A stretch of DNA of 62,613 bases, the filler included. It is 5 parts of 5 records of this genome, joined end to end, with 100 filler letters (N's around TTAATTAATTAA, not from the genome) between each part and the next. Parts side by side here need not be neighbours in the genome. Positions count along the whole stretch, not along the records: positions 22,507 to 40,029 come from SRR31156797_5829; 4 more parts are not named here. The stretch is one strand, 5' to 3'. The stretch's first letter is position 1. The number at the start of each line of letters is the position of its first letter. Shown here piece after piece: positions 30,727-40,025 of the stretch. The notes beneath the pieces are model-generated. The model was not told where the DNA came from. It searched no databases and worked only from the letters and a program-made list of their open reading frames with translations. Both the position numbers and the translations under genes were made by a program.

Positions 30727-32735
30727 TGCAAAACTGGCTTGAAACGATAGATACAGATAACAATGAATTTCAGGATGCTTACAAACTGATTCAATATACC
30801 AACCGATCTGTTTTTTTAACAGGAAAAGCGGGTACGGGTAAAAGTACCTTTTTAAAGTACATATGTGCCAATACGCATAAAAAATATGTGGTTGTTGCGC
30901 CTACCGGAATTGCAGCAATAAACGCAGGAGGGCAGACTTTACATTCGTTTTTTAAAATACCTTTTCGCCCCATTTTGCCTGATGATCCGGATCTAAGTAC
31001 AAAAGATGGTAGAATTTACGATTTCTTGAAGTACAGAAAGAATCATCAAAAATTAATTAAAGAACTGGAGCTGTTAATTATCGACGAGGTATCTATGCTG
31101 AGGGTAGATATTCTGGATTTTATTGACAGGGTACTACGCGTTTTTTCCGGAAATATGCAAGTGCCTTTTGGTGGCAAACAACTTTTAATGGTTGGAGATG
31201 TATTTCAGTTGGAACCAGTCGTAAAAAGAGAGGAGTGGGGCATTCTTCGAAGGTTTTATCATACGCCGTTTTTCTTCTCGGCAAGGGTATTTCGCAATTT
31301 GCCGATGGTGCAGATTGAACTGAAAAAAGTCTATCGTCAGAATAACCCGGAGTTTGTGAATCTGTTAGACCGGGTTCGATTAAATGTGGTGAAGCAGGAG
31401 GATATTGGGAAAATTAATCAGCTTTTTAATCCACGGTACAATGCACCGATTGATGAATTATTTATAACGCTGGCAACGCGTAGAGATACGGTTGATTATA
31501 TCAATGATTCAAAATTAGCCCAACTCGATAATGAAGAAATTAGTTTTGAGGGAGTTATTTCTGGTGAATTTGCCGAATCAGCTTTACCTACACCCAGGCA
31601 TTTGGTTTTGAAGGAAAATGCCCAGGTTATGTTTATAAAAAATGATTCTCCTGAACGCAGATGGTTTAACGGAAGCCTTGGTAGGATAGATGAAATTAAT
31701 GAGGAAGGGATTTTTGTACGTCTTGAAAACGATGAAATACATTTAGTTGAAAAGGAAGTTTGGCGAAATGTGAGATATAAATATGATGAAAAGAATAATC
31801 GAATTATTGAAGAAGAGATCGGTTCTTATCAACAATATCCATTAAAGCTGGCCTGGGCTATAACCGTACATAAAAGTCAGGGTTTAACCTTTGATAAAGT
31901 CATGATTGATTTTTCGGGAGGAGCTTTTGCCGGAGGTCAGTTGTATGTAGCCTTAAGCCGTTGCAGATCCTTGGAAGGTATCATCATGAAATCGCAGATT
32001 AGCCCAAGGGATGTCATCGTAAAAAAAGAGTGTGTCGATTTTTCACGCAAGTCAAATAATAAATTACAAATAAAGGAAAGTCTGGATTCTGCCGAAGCAG
32101 ATGATAGCTATGTGAAAGCGCTAAAAGCATTTAAGAAAAATGATTTTGGCTTATGTATGGAAGAATTGGGTAATGCGATTGCCAAAAGAAACGACCTGAC
32201 AAAGCCTGCTGTTTTACGATTTATTTCTCGCCAGTTGCAAGTGATCAATAAACTTCGAAAAAAAGTTCGTGAACTGGAGAAGAAGGAAAAAGACAGAATC
32301 AAGCGTTTAGAAGAATTTGCCAAAGAGTATTTTTTAATGGCCAATGAATGTTTGGTAAAAGCCGGAGATAAAAGTGCAGCCATTGCCAACCTGAATAAAG
32401 CTATTTTATTGAGTCCTGAATATTTTGATGCCATATTTAAAAGAGCTGGCTTAAATGTGGAATTAGGCTATTATGACGAAGCTGAAAGTGATTATTCAGC
32501 AGCCCGAAAGTTAAAGCCAAGAACATTTAAAGTATACTACAACAGAGGTAGAACCCGAATATTAGCTAAAAACTATAATGGTGCTTATAACGATTTAAAA
32601 AAAGCAATTAATCTAAAGGATACACACGCCGATTCTTATTTTTATTTAGCAGAGGTTTGTGAACGATTAGGAGAGGATGATGAAGCAGAAAGATATCGTA
32701 ATATTTCAGAAAATTTAGGCTATGAAGATGAGTGA
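30726..32735 (+). CDS. PIF1/RecD-like SF1B helicase with C-terminal TPRs
   Basis: TGKAGTGKST, APTGIAA, IDEVSM, GDVFQL, ITVHKSQG, YVALSR; TPR tail. Confidence 0.9.
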   Translation: MQNWLETIDTDNNEFQDAYKLIQYTNRSVFLTGKAGTGKSTFLKYICANTHKKYVVVAPTGIAAINAGGQTLHSFFKIPFRPILPDDPDLSTKDGRIYDFLKYRKNHQKLIKELELLIIDEVSMLRVDILDFIDRVLRVFSGNMQVPFGGKQLLMVGDVFQLEPVVKREEWGILRRFYHTPFFFSARVFRNLPMVQIELKKVYRQNNPEFVNLLDRVRLNVVKQEDIGKINQLFNPRYNAPIDELFITLATRRDTVDYINDSKLAQLDNEEISFEGVISGEFAESALPTPRHLVLKENAQVMFIKNDSPERRWFNGSLGRIDEINEEGIFVRLENDEIHLVEKEVWRNVRYKYDEKNNRIIEEEIGSYQQYPLKLAWAITVHKSQGLTFDKVMIDFSGGAFAGGQLYVALSRCRSLEGIIMKSQISPRDVIVKKECVDFSRKSNNKLQIKESLDSAEADDSYVKALKAFKKNDFGLCMEELGNAIAKRNDLTKPAVLRFISRQLQVINKLRKKVRELEKKEKDRIKRLEEFAKEYFLMANECLVKAGDKSAAIANLNKAILLSPEYFDAIFKRAGLNVELGYYDEAESDYSAARKLKPRTFKVYYNRGRTRILAKNYNGAYNDLKKAINLKDTHADSYFYLAEVCERLGEDDEAERYRNISENLGYEDE

Positions 32736-32878
32736 TCGTTATAGTTATGACTTTATCATACTAAATTTATATTTGTAATTTTTACATATTTTCACATTTA
32801 TTTACATTTATATTATTTTAATATATATATTTGTACCGCTTGTTATTGGGAAAGGAATCAATTGTAAAATATAAACAC

Positions 32879-32986
32879 ATGGTTATGACTTACATTGCAA
32901 TCGTAGTATTATTAACAGCTTATGTTCTTGTTAGAAGGGAAAGAATTAGACTATCTCATAAATTAAACCTTCTAAGTAAAAGCTAG
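32879..32986 (+). CDS. Putative 35-aa single-pass membrane protein
   Basis: MVMTYIAIVVLLTAYVLVRRERIRLSHKLNLLSKS; Bacteroidota -7 box TATATTTG at 32826-32833; A-rich leader. Confidence 0.45.
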   Translation: MVMTYIAIVVLLTAYVLVRRERIRLSHKLNLLSKS

Positions 32987-33203
32987 TTTGCTCCTACAGC
33001 TATTTGTGTAAAATACTCCAAACAACATTATACAAATATGGTGATATACAGCAAACCTAACACTAACTATTGTTTTATCTATCTTTCATTTCGCTAATAC
33101 GCTTTTCTGCCAAAAGTTAATATTGTACAATCATTTCTGAAAAATTAAATGTATTCTGAAATAGAATATTTATTTTTATTTTTCATAACTAAAATCGTAT
33201 TAA

Positions 33204-34445
33204 ATGATTGGTAAGCCAGAAATAGACGTTCATGTTTGCTCCGGGAAAAAATTATCATTAGATCTGGAAGGAGAATATTTTATTGGAGATTCACAACGAA
33301 AGCTCTCAGGAAAATGGCAAGTATCTATCTTAGATAATAAAATACAGGTAGAAGATGATAAAGAGTTAATTCTTTCTTCTTCTGAAATTAAACTCATTCC
33401 AATAGGTATAGATTGTTGTGGTTTTACGATATATCCTTATAATTCAAAAAAAACACAAGCACAAAGAAAGTATAGGGGAGCTGTTTTACTAACATTTGTT
33501 GAAGGAACGGTTCAGGTTTGGAATGAAGTGGATATAGAATGGTTTGTAACCAGTGTGTTATGTAATAAATATTCAGGGTTTGATTCTTTGGAGTTTTTGA
33601 AGTTACAGGCTTTAATAGCCCGGAGTAGTGCCTTTATTTTAAGTAAAGACAACGTATCAGCAGATAAACAAACAAATCATGAAAGTTTGTATAACCGATT
33701 TAGTTTGGCTCCGCATGAGTTAAAATCCTTATACTTAGGCGTACCCGAAAAATGTAACGAAGTAGCCCATAAAGCTGTAGCTGAAACAGAAGGCAATATT
33801 CTGGTTTTTGATGATCAGGTCTGTATTGTTCCTCAAACCATTTGTTGTGGAGGAATTACAGAAGGCGATATTGATATGAAGTTTTTAAACCGAGTTTGCG
33901 ACTCCGATCATTTTACAAATATAGACTTAACACAAGCTGGTTACTTTGAACAATGGTATTACAGACCAATAGAATGCTATTGCGATAAGGATAAAAGTAA
34001 GTTAGGATCATGGTTTGATAATGAAGTTAAGGGAATTAGCCATTTGTTTAGGTGGACAAAAACTTTAGCGTCAGTTGAAATATCTTCTGTTTTGAGAAAT
34101 AGTTTTGATATGAATATTGGTAGTGTAGAATCTATAGATATATTAGAAAGAGGCTCTTCTGGTGCTGTTTTAAAGATGCGCATAAAAGGAAGCATAGAAA
34201 GTATTGAAATGAAAGGATCCGAGAGTCAGGCATTTTGTGAAGAACTGGGACTTCAAAGTAGTGCATTCCTTGTAGAACGTAAAACCTTAAATAAAAAGTT
34301 GTCTTTTGTTTTTAGTGGTGCCGGAACAGGATTAGGAAAAGGTATTTGTATAGCTGGTGCTCTGGAACTAGCACAAAACAAAAAAACTGCTGAGCAGATT
34401 CTGGCACATTACTTACCTTTGGTTTTGGTAGAAAAGCAGTATTAG
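33204..34445 (+). CDS. SpoIID/LytB-domain protein, degenerate
   Basis: YRG, LKLQALIARS, AV.ET.G, CCGGITE, FRW, ERG.SG, SSAF, IL.HY.P; catalytic residues altered. Confidence 0.75.
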   Translation: MIGKPEIDVHVCSGKKLSLDLEGEYFIGDSQRKLSGKWQVSILDNKIQVEDDKELILSSSEIKLIPIGIDCCGFTIYPYNSKKTQAQRKYRGAVLLTFVEGTVQVWNEVDIEWFVTSVLCNKYSGFDSLEFLKLQALIARSSAFILSKDNVSADKQTNHESLYNRFSLAPHELKSLYLGVPEKCNEVAHKAVAETEGNILVFDDQVCIVPQTICCGGITEGDIDMKFLNRVCDSDHFTNIDLTQAGYFEQWYYRPIECYCDKDKSKLGSWFDNEVKGISHLFRWTKTLASVEISSVLRNSFDMNIGSVESIDILERGSSGAVLKMRIKGSIESIEMKGSESQAFCEELGLQSSAFLVERKTLNKKLSFVFSGAGTGLGKGICIAGALELAQNKKTAEQILAHYLPLVLVEKQY

Positions 34446-34560
34446 AGAAATTCTTATTGAGAATATATAATAATATGTCTTACAGTAGCGTTATTTAATA
34501 TTGGAACAGTTTTTTACCTGTTCATTCATATCAAATCTAATCAAATGTGCAATTAAACCT

Positions 34561-35154
34561 ATGAAACCAAAAATCACACTAACCTTACTCATTTTATTAT
34601 GCTTTTCATTTGCAAAAGCTAAAAATCCTATCGGAACCATAAAGTGTAATCATCTTTATATCGACAAGTATGAAGTAACACTTATCGATTACAAAGAATT
34701 TATAAATTTTGTGCATAAAGACTCAAGTTTTTCTAAAGAATATGCAGAGACTTTAGAGTTAGATAGTACTTTAAATAATATTAATCTGGCGTGCTGTCAT
34801 AAAGATGGATTAAAAACACCGGTAAAAGGTATTTCAAACTATCAGGCCAATGAATATTGTAAGTGGCGGTCAGAAATAGTCACTTTTACGATGAATTACC
34901 CAGATTTAGTACCTCGCTGCCGAAAACAAACTTGCGATGAGCCATTAAGTTTTTCATATATAGTTGAGCAAAATAAAAAGGCTAAAAAACGCATCGTCTA
35001 CAGAATTCCAACCAAAGAAGAATTGTTAGCAGTAGAGAAAAAAATAAAAATCAGAAATGAGCATATCGAATTACTTACCCAAAATCAAAGTGCTGTTAAT
35101 CGTAATACGCAGCTTAGATGTATTGCTGAGATAAAACAGGCGTATCTCCATTAA
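34561..35154 (+). CDS. Exported protein with a partial formylglycine-generating-enzyme (SUMF1/GldK-like) domain
   Basis: Signal peptide, IDKYEVT..DY..F, PV.GIS..QA..YCKWRS, YRIPT.EE, LRCI. Confidence 0.6.
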   Translation: MKPKITLTLLILLCFSFAKAKNPIGTIKCNHLYIDKYEVTLIDYKEFINFVHKDSSFSKEYAETLELDSTLNNINLACCHKDGLKTPVKGISNYQANEYCKWRSEIVTFTMNYPDLVPRCRKQTCDEPLSFSYIVEQNKKAKKRIVYRIPTKEELLAVEKKIKIRNEHIELLTQNQSAVNRNTQLRCIAEIKQAYLH

Positions 35155-35365
35155 AAAAAAGATCCTAGTAAGAGTATCATGTTCTGATATTTGCAAAATG
35201 TTCCCCGCGATTCTTTAGATATATATGTCAAGAAAAATATAAATATGACTTTTTAGGAAGTCCATGTTAATTTAGCTAAAGTCGGAGATTAGTAATTTAA
35301 ATTTGAATGTATTGTTTATATATCGATCAAAATAAGAGGAAGTTACACTCAGATTTTCACCTTTA

Positions 35366-35533
35366 AACTTCCGAAACATATAAAAAGGCTGTCGAACTAT
35401 AAATGACTACTGCCGAATGATATACCAAGGCTGCCGAGAGATATAAAACTGCCACTTTGTCAAAAAAAATGGTTGCGAAAGACATACTTGGGCTGCCGAG
35501 CCTCATAAAAGCGCCACTCTGTCAGACAAAAAT
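35366..35533. repeat. Degenerate ~21-bp periodic repeat array
   Basis: YCGA cores at 35371, 35392, 35413, 35434 (21-bp period); ~42-bp block 35429-35470 repeated at 35491-35533. Confidence 0.65.
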
Positions 35534-35754
35534 GTGTTTTGTTAAATAAGAAATAGGTTTTAGATAAAAATAATTTTGGCTAACATAAATATTGTTAGTA
35601 ATTTAATTCATAGTAAAATCTAAAACCAAACTTTACAATGAAATACACATTTTCTTCTACAATTGACATTGCCCCAAATTCTTTTCTAAATATCATTTTT
35701 AGTTATTTTTTATTAACCAGAGATGCCCTTAAGCATCTTTAAAATCTATTTATT

Positions 35755-36399
35755 ATGAGCAAACCTTTTGATAAGGAAGTAGAAAAATTCAGAATTTTAA
35801 TTTATGGTGTATCAGGTAATACAGAGATTAAGCAACGTATTGCTCCTGTTTATACCGAGGAACGTTTGGCCGAAGGTATTGAATTGTATACCCGTACTTA
35901 TGAGGCAGGTAAAAAACAAATTAATGAACAAGGCGAAAGTATGGCAGCTACACGTCTATACAATCAACATAAAGATGAAGTTCATGATGAGTTTATGCGC
36001 GTAAGAAAAGTATTGCGCTATTTCTTTAAGGAGGATACAAACTTAATGAATGAGCTTAAAATAAACGTGCAGGTTCCTACTAATTTTGCACAATGGCGAA
36101 CTTTAATCGATATAACACTTTCTGCTATCATGGCTCGTCAGGATGTTATGGAAAAAGTAGCGTTGCTGGGTATAAGTGCTGAGTTTGTAAATCACTTGAG
36201 TTCTAAACTTCCTGAGTTGGAGGAATTACGTATTGCAGCTGAAAAAGAGGATGGAGAAGCACAGGAAGCTACAGAAACCAAGAATCAATTGTATGATGAG
36301 CTAAGGGCTTATTATTCTGATTTACGCGAATGTTTAGGTTTATTTTTTGAAGGTTCGGAACGACAAAAGTTGGAACAAGTAGGTATAACAGTAAAGTAA
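35755..36399 (+). CDS. Hypothetical alpha-helical protein
   Basis: 214-aa clean ORF, Glu/Lys-rich amphipathic helices, A/T-rich leader, own terminator. Confidence 0.8.
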   Translation: MSKPFDKEVEKFRILIYGVSGNTEIKQRIAPVYTEERLAEGIELYTRTYEAGKKQINEQGESMAATRLYNQHKDEVHDEFMRVRKVLRYFFKEDTNLMNELKINVQVPTNFAQWRTLIDITLSAIMARQDVMEKVALLGISAEFVNHLSSKLPELEELRIAAEKEDGEAQEATETKNQLYDELRAYYSDLRECLGLFFEGSERQKLEQVGITVK

Positions 36400-36444
36400 C
36401 GCATATACCAATATCAAATCAATTAAATAAAGTTATGGGGAATG

Positions 36445-36472
36445 AAAGGAAGGCATAGGTCTTCCTTTTTTT
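36445..36472 (+). terminator. Rho-independent terminator
   Basis: AAAGGAAGGC-ATAG-GTCTTCCTTT followed by T tract. Confidence 0.75.
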
Positions 36473-36578
36473 ATATAGCCAGATTAAGTTGTATGCATAT
36501 TTGAGCTTATAAGTATCGCAAACTCTTTAGTAAGCCTGATGGTTTTATTATTTTAGCGGCATTAAAGCATAATACAAG

Positions 36579-37226
36579 ATGACAGTTTCAATTAAAGATA
36601 TTTGTAAGGCAAAATTTCCGGTTTTATACGAAGATGCCTTGTTGGATGAAATTCAGGAATCGGGCAAAGTGATGAACTTTTCGGCCGGAGAAAATCTGAT
36701 TGAGATTGGATCATATATCAAGCAAATGCCTTTGTTGGTTAAGGGAACGCTAAAGATTTCGCGTGAAGATATGGATGGCAACGAATTGTTGCTGTATTAC
36801 CTAAATAGTGGCGAAACCTGTGCTATGAGTTTAACCTGTTGTATGGGCGATGTTAAAAGCAATGTAAGAGCTACGGCCATTGAAGATGCCGAAATTATTA
36901 TGCTTCCTACCCAAAAAATGAACGAATGGATGAATAAGTACGATTGCTGGAAGAATTTTATCTTTCGTGCTTATCAAATTCGTTTTGAAGAGATGTTGGA
37001 AACTATCGACAGCATCGCTTTTATGAAGATGGATGAACGACTGGAACGTTACTTGATGGAGCGTTCAAAAGAATTAAATCAAAAAATATTAAATCTTACC
37101 CACCAGGAAATCGCCAGTGATTTGAATACTTCAAGAGAGGTGGTTTCCAGGCTTCTAAAGCAACTGGAAAAGTTAGGGCGGATCAAACTTCATCGTTATA
37201 AAGTCGAAATAATTTCCCTTGTGTGA
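36579..37226 (+). CDS. Crp/Fnr family transcriptional regulator
   Basis: cNMP-like domain (LLYYL..GETCAMSLTCC), HTH THQEIA.DL.TSREVVSRLLK. Confidence 0.93.
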   Translation: MTVSIKDICKAKFPVLYEDALLDEIQESGKVMNFSAGENLIEIGSYIKQMPLLVKGTLKISREDMDGNELLLYYLNSGETCAMSLTCCMGDVKSNVRATAIEDAEIIMLPTQKMNEWMNKYDCWKNFIFRAYQIRFEEMLETIDSIAFMKMDERLERYLMERSKELNQKILNLTHQEIASDLNTSREVVSRLLKQLEKLGRIKLHRYKVEIISLV

Positions 37227-37237
37227 CAAAAGTTACT
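37222..37237. promoter_or_regulatory. Crp/Fnr-type operator overlapping the regulator's stop codon
   Basis: TGTGACAAAAGTTACT (GTGAC-N4-GTTAC dyad), ~60 bp upstream of the first rhodanese. Confidence 0.65.
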
Positions 37238-37294
37238 GTACAGCTTTTTGATTGATTGTTTTTTTGTCAACTCAAAACAGAAAACACAAAACAA

Positions 37295-37555
37295 ATGAAT
37301 AAAGTTACAGTAATTGATGTTCGTACGCCGATGGAATTTGCCGGAGGCAGGGTAGAGGGATCAATCAATATTCCGGTTGATCAAATTGCACAAAGAATAG
37401 ATGAGTTAAAAGCAATTGAAGGATCAATTGTTTTATGTTGCGCTTCAGGAATGCGTAGTTTCTCGGCATGGCAATATTTACAAGCTAATGGTTTAGCTAA
37501 TGTAAGCGATGGTGGCCCTTGGTATGCCGTAGCTGATATGGTTGAGCAAAACTAA
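37295..37555 (+). CDS. Single-domain rhodanese (sulfurtransferase)
   Basis: IDVRTP.EF, GSINIP, CCASGMRS; start moved to ATG 37295. Confidence 0.9.
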   Translation: MNKVTVIDVRTPMEFAGGRVEGSINIPVDQIAQRIDELKAIEGSIVLCCASGMRSFSAWQYLQANGLANVSDGGPWYAVADMVEQN

Positions 37556-37633
37556 TCGCTTATTCATTCTATTTATCAGAAATCATTCAATTCAAATTAC
37601 CAACAGTACTGCTGGTAGATTCAAGTTTTTATT

Positions 37634-37966
37634 ATGGGATTTTTAAGTCGTTTATTTGGAGGAGGAGCTAATCCTTTAACTGAGATACTAGAACAAGGTG
37701 CAACTATTATTGATGTAAGAACACCGGGTGAATTTGCCGGAGGTAGTGTTCCCGGATCTATTAATATTCCGGTAGATCAAGTGAAGCACAAACTAAGTAA
37801 AATTAAAAAGATGCGTACGCCATTGGTGCTGTGCTGTGCATCCGGAATGAGAAGTGCAGGAGCAGTAGCTTTCTTAAAAAGCAATCAAATTCAAGATGTA
37901 CACAACGGAGGTCGCTGGTATAAGGTAGAGAGTTTATTGGAAAAAACGATTAACAGTACACAGTAA
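37634..37966 (+). CDS. Single-domain rhodanese (sulfurtransferase)
   Basis: IIDVRTPGEF, GSINIP, CCASGMRS. Confidence 0.9.
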   Translation: MGFLSRLFGGGANPLTEILEQGATIIDVRTPGEFAGGSVPGSINIPVDQVKHKLSKIKKMRTPLVLCCASGMRSAGAVAFLKSNQIQDVHNGGRWYKVESLLEKTINSTQ

Positions 37967-38020
37967 TCAGTTACCAGTACGCAGTAAACATTTATCAGTA
38001 CGCAGTAATCAGAAAACAGT
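37954..38020. repeat. 21-bp tandem repeat built from CAGT-N3 heptamers
   Basis: CAGTACACAGTAATCAGTTAC / CAGTACGCAGTAAACATTTAT / CAGTACGCAGTAATCAGAAAA / CAGT at 37954, 37975, 37996, 38017. Confidence 0.8.
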
Positions 38021-38086
38021 GATTTGGCATGGGTGTTTATTAACAAATTATATAAACGAATAGCCAAAGGCTAATAGCTAAAGAAC

Positions 38087-39742
38087 ATGAGTAAAAAAAT
38101 TATAGTGATTGGAGGTCTTTCTGCTGGTCCTTCTGCTGCAGCAAAAGCGCGGAGACAAAATGAAGATGCAGAGATTATTCTTTTTGAAAAGACAAAAAAC
38201 GTAAGTTATGCTACTTGTGGTATTCCTTATGCTTTATCAGGTGTGATAGATAATCGTGATAATCTTATGGTGGTTGAAGCCGATTTATTGCGTTACAGAT
38301 TTAATATTGACGTACATCTTGAAGAAGAAGTGTTGGATATCGATCCGGAAAGCCATTTGCTTACTACCAACAAAGGAGAATATACATACGACAAATTAGT
38401 ATATACAGCCGGAGCGAGTACATTTATTCCGCCGGTTAAAAATATTGAGCAAGGTAAAAACTGGTCAGCATGTCGTACGTTAGAGGACTACGACTGTATT
38501 ATGCACAAGGATGTCATGGAACAGGCTAAGCATATTACGGTAATGGGTGCCGGTTTAATTGGTGTTGAGGTGGCAGAAAATCTTCGTGAAGCAGGTAAAG
38601 AAGTAACACTCATTGAGGGTAGCGATGGTATATTACCTATGTGGGAAGGAAAGTTCCGTCAATTTGCACAATCTACTTTAGAAAGTCACGGTATAAGGGT
38701 TATTACCAACACTTTTGTAAAAAAATTTGATGTGGAGGGTGGTCGAATTACAGGAGTGCAGGTAAGTGATACCGAAACTATTCCTACGGATTTTGTGGTG
38801 ATGAGTGTAGGAATTAAACCAAATACACAGTTATTAACTGCCAAAGGAGCTGAGTTCATCGGTAACGGTGCGGTTAAAGTTAATGAGCGTATGGAAACTA
38901 CTCTACCTGACATTTACGCGGCAGGTGACTGTGCCAGTATTAAAAATGTACAAACAGGAGAGTATGATTATCTGCCATTAGGAACACACTCTAACAAAGG
39001 TGGTCGTACTGCAGGTGTAAACGCAGCTGGTGGTAACGAGGAGTTTAAAGGAGGATATAAAACAGCCATCATTAAAGTATTTGAAAATACGCTGGGAAGA
39101 ACCGGGATGGGGCCTGAGTTTATGCGTAATAATAATATTGATTTTGCCGTAAACTTAATTGTAGCCGGATCAACACCTGGATATTATCCTGATCAAAAAG
39201 ATATGATTGTAGAAACGTATTACGATCCGAAAGACGGTACTATTTTAGGTTGTGAGGCATTTGGCGAAAGAGGAGTGGATAAGCGTATTGATGTTATGAG
39301 TACAGCCATTTATGCCAAGTTAAAAATGAGTGATTTACCTAATTTAGATTTAGCTTATGCACCGCCATATTCACCTGCAAAAGATCCTGTAATTGTATCT
39401 GCTTATGTGACTTCGAATGTGTTGAATGGTAGATATGATGAAGTTGATGCTACTACATTAAAAGAGTTGATTAATTGTACGCCTCATTGTGATTTTAACC
39501 TGATTGATGTGAGAACTGAGGGAGAAGTGAAAAAGACAGGAAAAATTGCACATGCCATTAATATTCCATTAGAAAAACTTAGATCACATTCATTGGAGGG
39601 ATTGGATCCATCAAAACCTACATACGTGTATTGTGCAAAAGGTTTAAGGGGGTATTTAGGATATTTGATTTTAGCTGATAAAGGGTTTACCAATTTAAAA
39701 AACCTTTCCGGAGGTTTTATGATTTGGAGTAAATTAAACTAA
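38087..39742 (+). CDS. CoA-disulfide reductase-rhodanese fusion (CoADR-RHD / Npsr-like persulfide reductase)
   Basis: IGG..AG, SYATCGIPY, GAGLIG.E, YAAGD, LDLAYAPP, C-terminal rhodanese with YCAKGLRG. Confidence 0.9.
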   Translation: MSKKIIVIGGLSAGPSAAAKARRQNEDAEIILFEKTKNVSYATCGIPYALSGVIDNRDNLMVVEADLLRYRFNIDVHLEEEVLDIDPESHLLTTNKGEYTYDKLVYTAGASTFIPPVKNIEQGKNWSACRTLEDYDCIMHKDVMEQAKHITVMGAGLIGVEVAENLREAGKEVTLIEGSDGILPMWEGKFRQFAQSTLESHGIRVITNTFVKKFDVEGGRITGVQVSDTETIPTDFVVMSVGIKPNTQLLTAKGAEFIGNGAVKVNERMETTLPDIYAAGDCASIKNVQTGEYDYLPLGTHSNKGGRTAGVNAAGGNEEFKGGYKTAIIKVFENTLGRTGMGPEFMRNNNIDFAVNLIVAGSTPGYYPDQKDMIVETYYDPKDGTILGCEAFGERGVDKRIDVMSTAIYAKLKMSDLPNLDLAYAPPYSPAKDPVIVSAYVTSNVLNGRYDEVDATTLKELINCTPHCDFNLIDVRTEGEVKKTGKIAHAINIPLEKLRSHSLEGLDPSKPTYVYCAKGLRGYLGYLILADKGFTNLKNLSGGFMIWSKLN

Positions 39743-39880
39743 ATGGTATCCTTTTTTTCTTTCATATCATTGTAATGATAAAAAGAAAGTAGAGTTAGGA
39801 TTTGAAATAGTATCTCAATTTTAGAATCACTGTTGTCCGGTAAATAACTTTCTATTCGGATATATACCTTTGTTAAAGTT

Positions 39881-40025
39881 CAACTCCACAGGAGTTGCAG
39901 GTAGGGGCTTATATTTTAATTTCTATAATTATTCAACTTCTCTGAAGTTGATAACTATATCCCCGGCGGGGATAAATATTTATAGAATAGTTGATTCGTT
40001 ATTATTTACAACTCCAGCGGAGTTG
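39881..40025. repeat. Cluster of four REP-like hairpins (7-8 bp stem, 3-nt loop) at contig end
   Basis: CAACTCC-ACA-GGAGTTG (39881), TCAACTTC-TCT-GAAGTTGA (39933), TATCCCC-GGC-GGGGATA (39958), CAACTCC-AGC-GGAGTTG (40009). Confidence 0.75.

Noticed and set aside
35366-35533. CRISPR array
   Set aside because: Period is ~21 bp, repeats are degenerate, there are no 30-40-bp unique spacers and no cas genes
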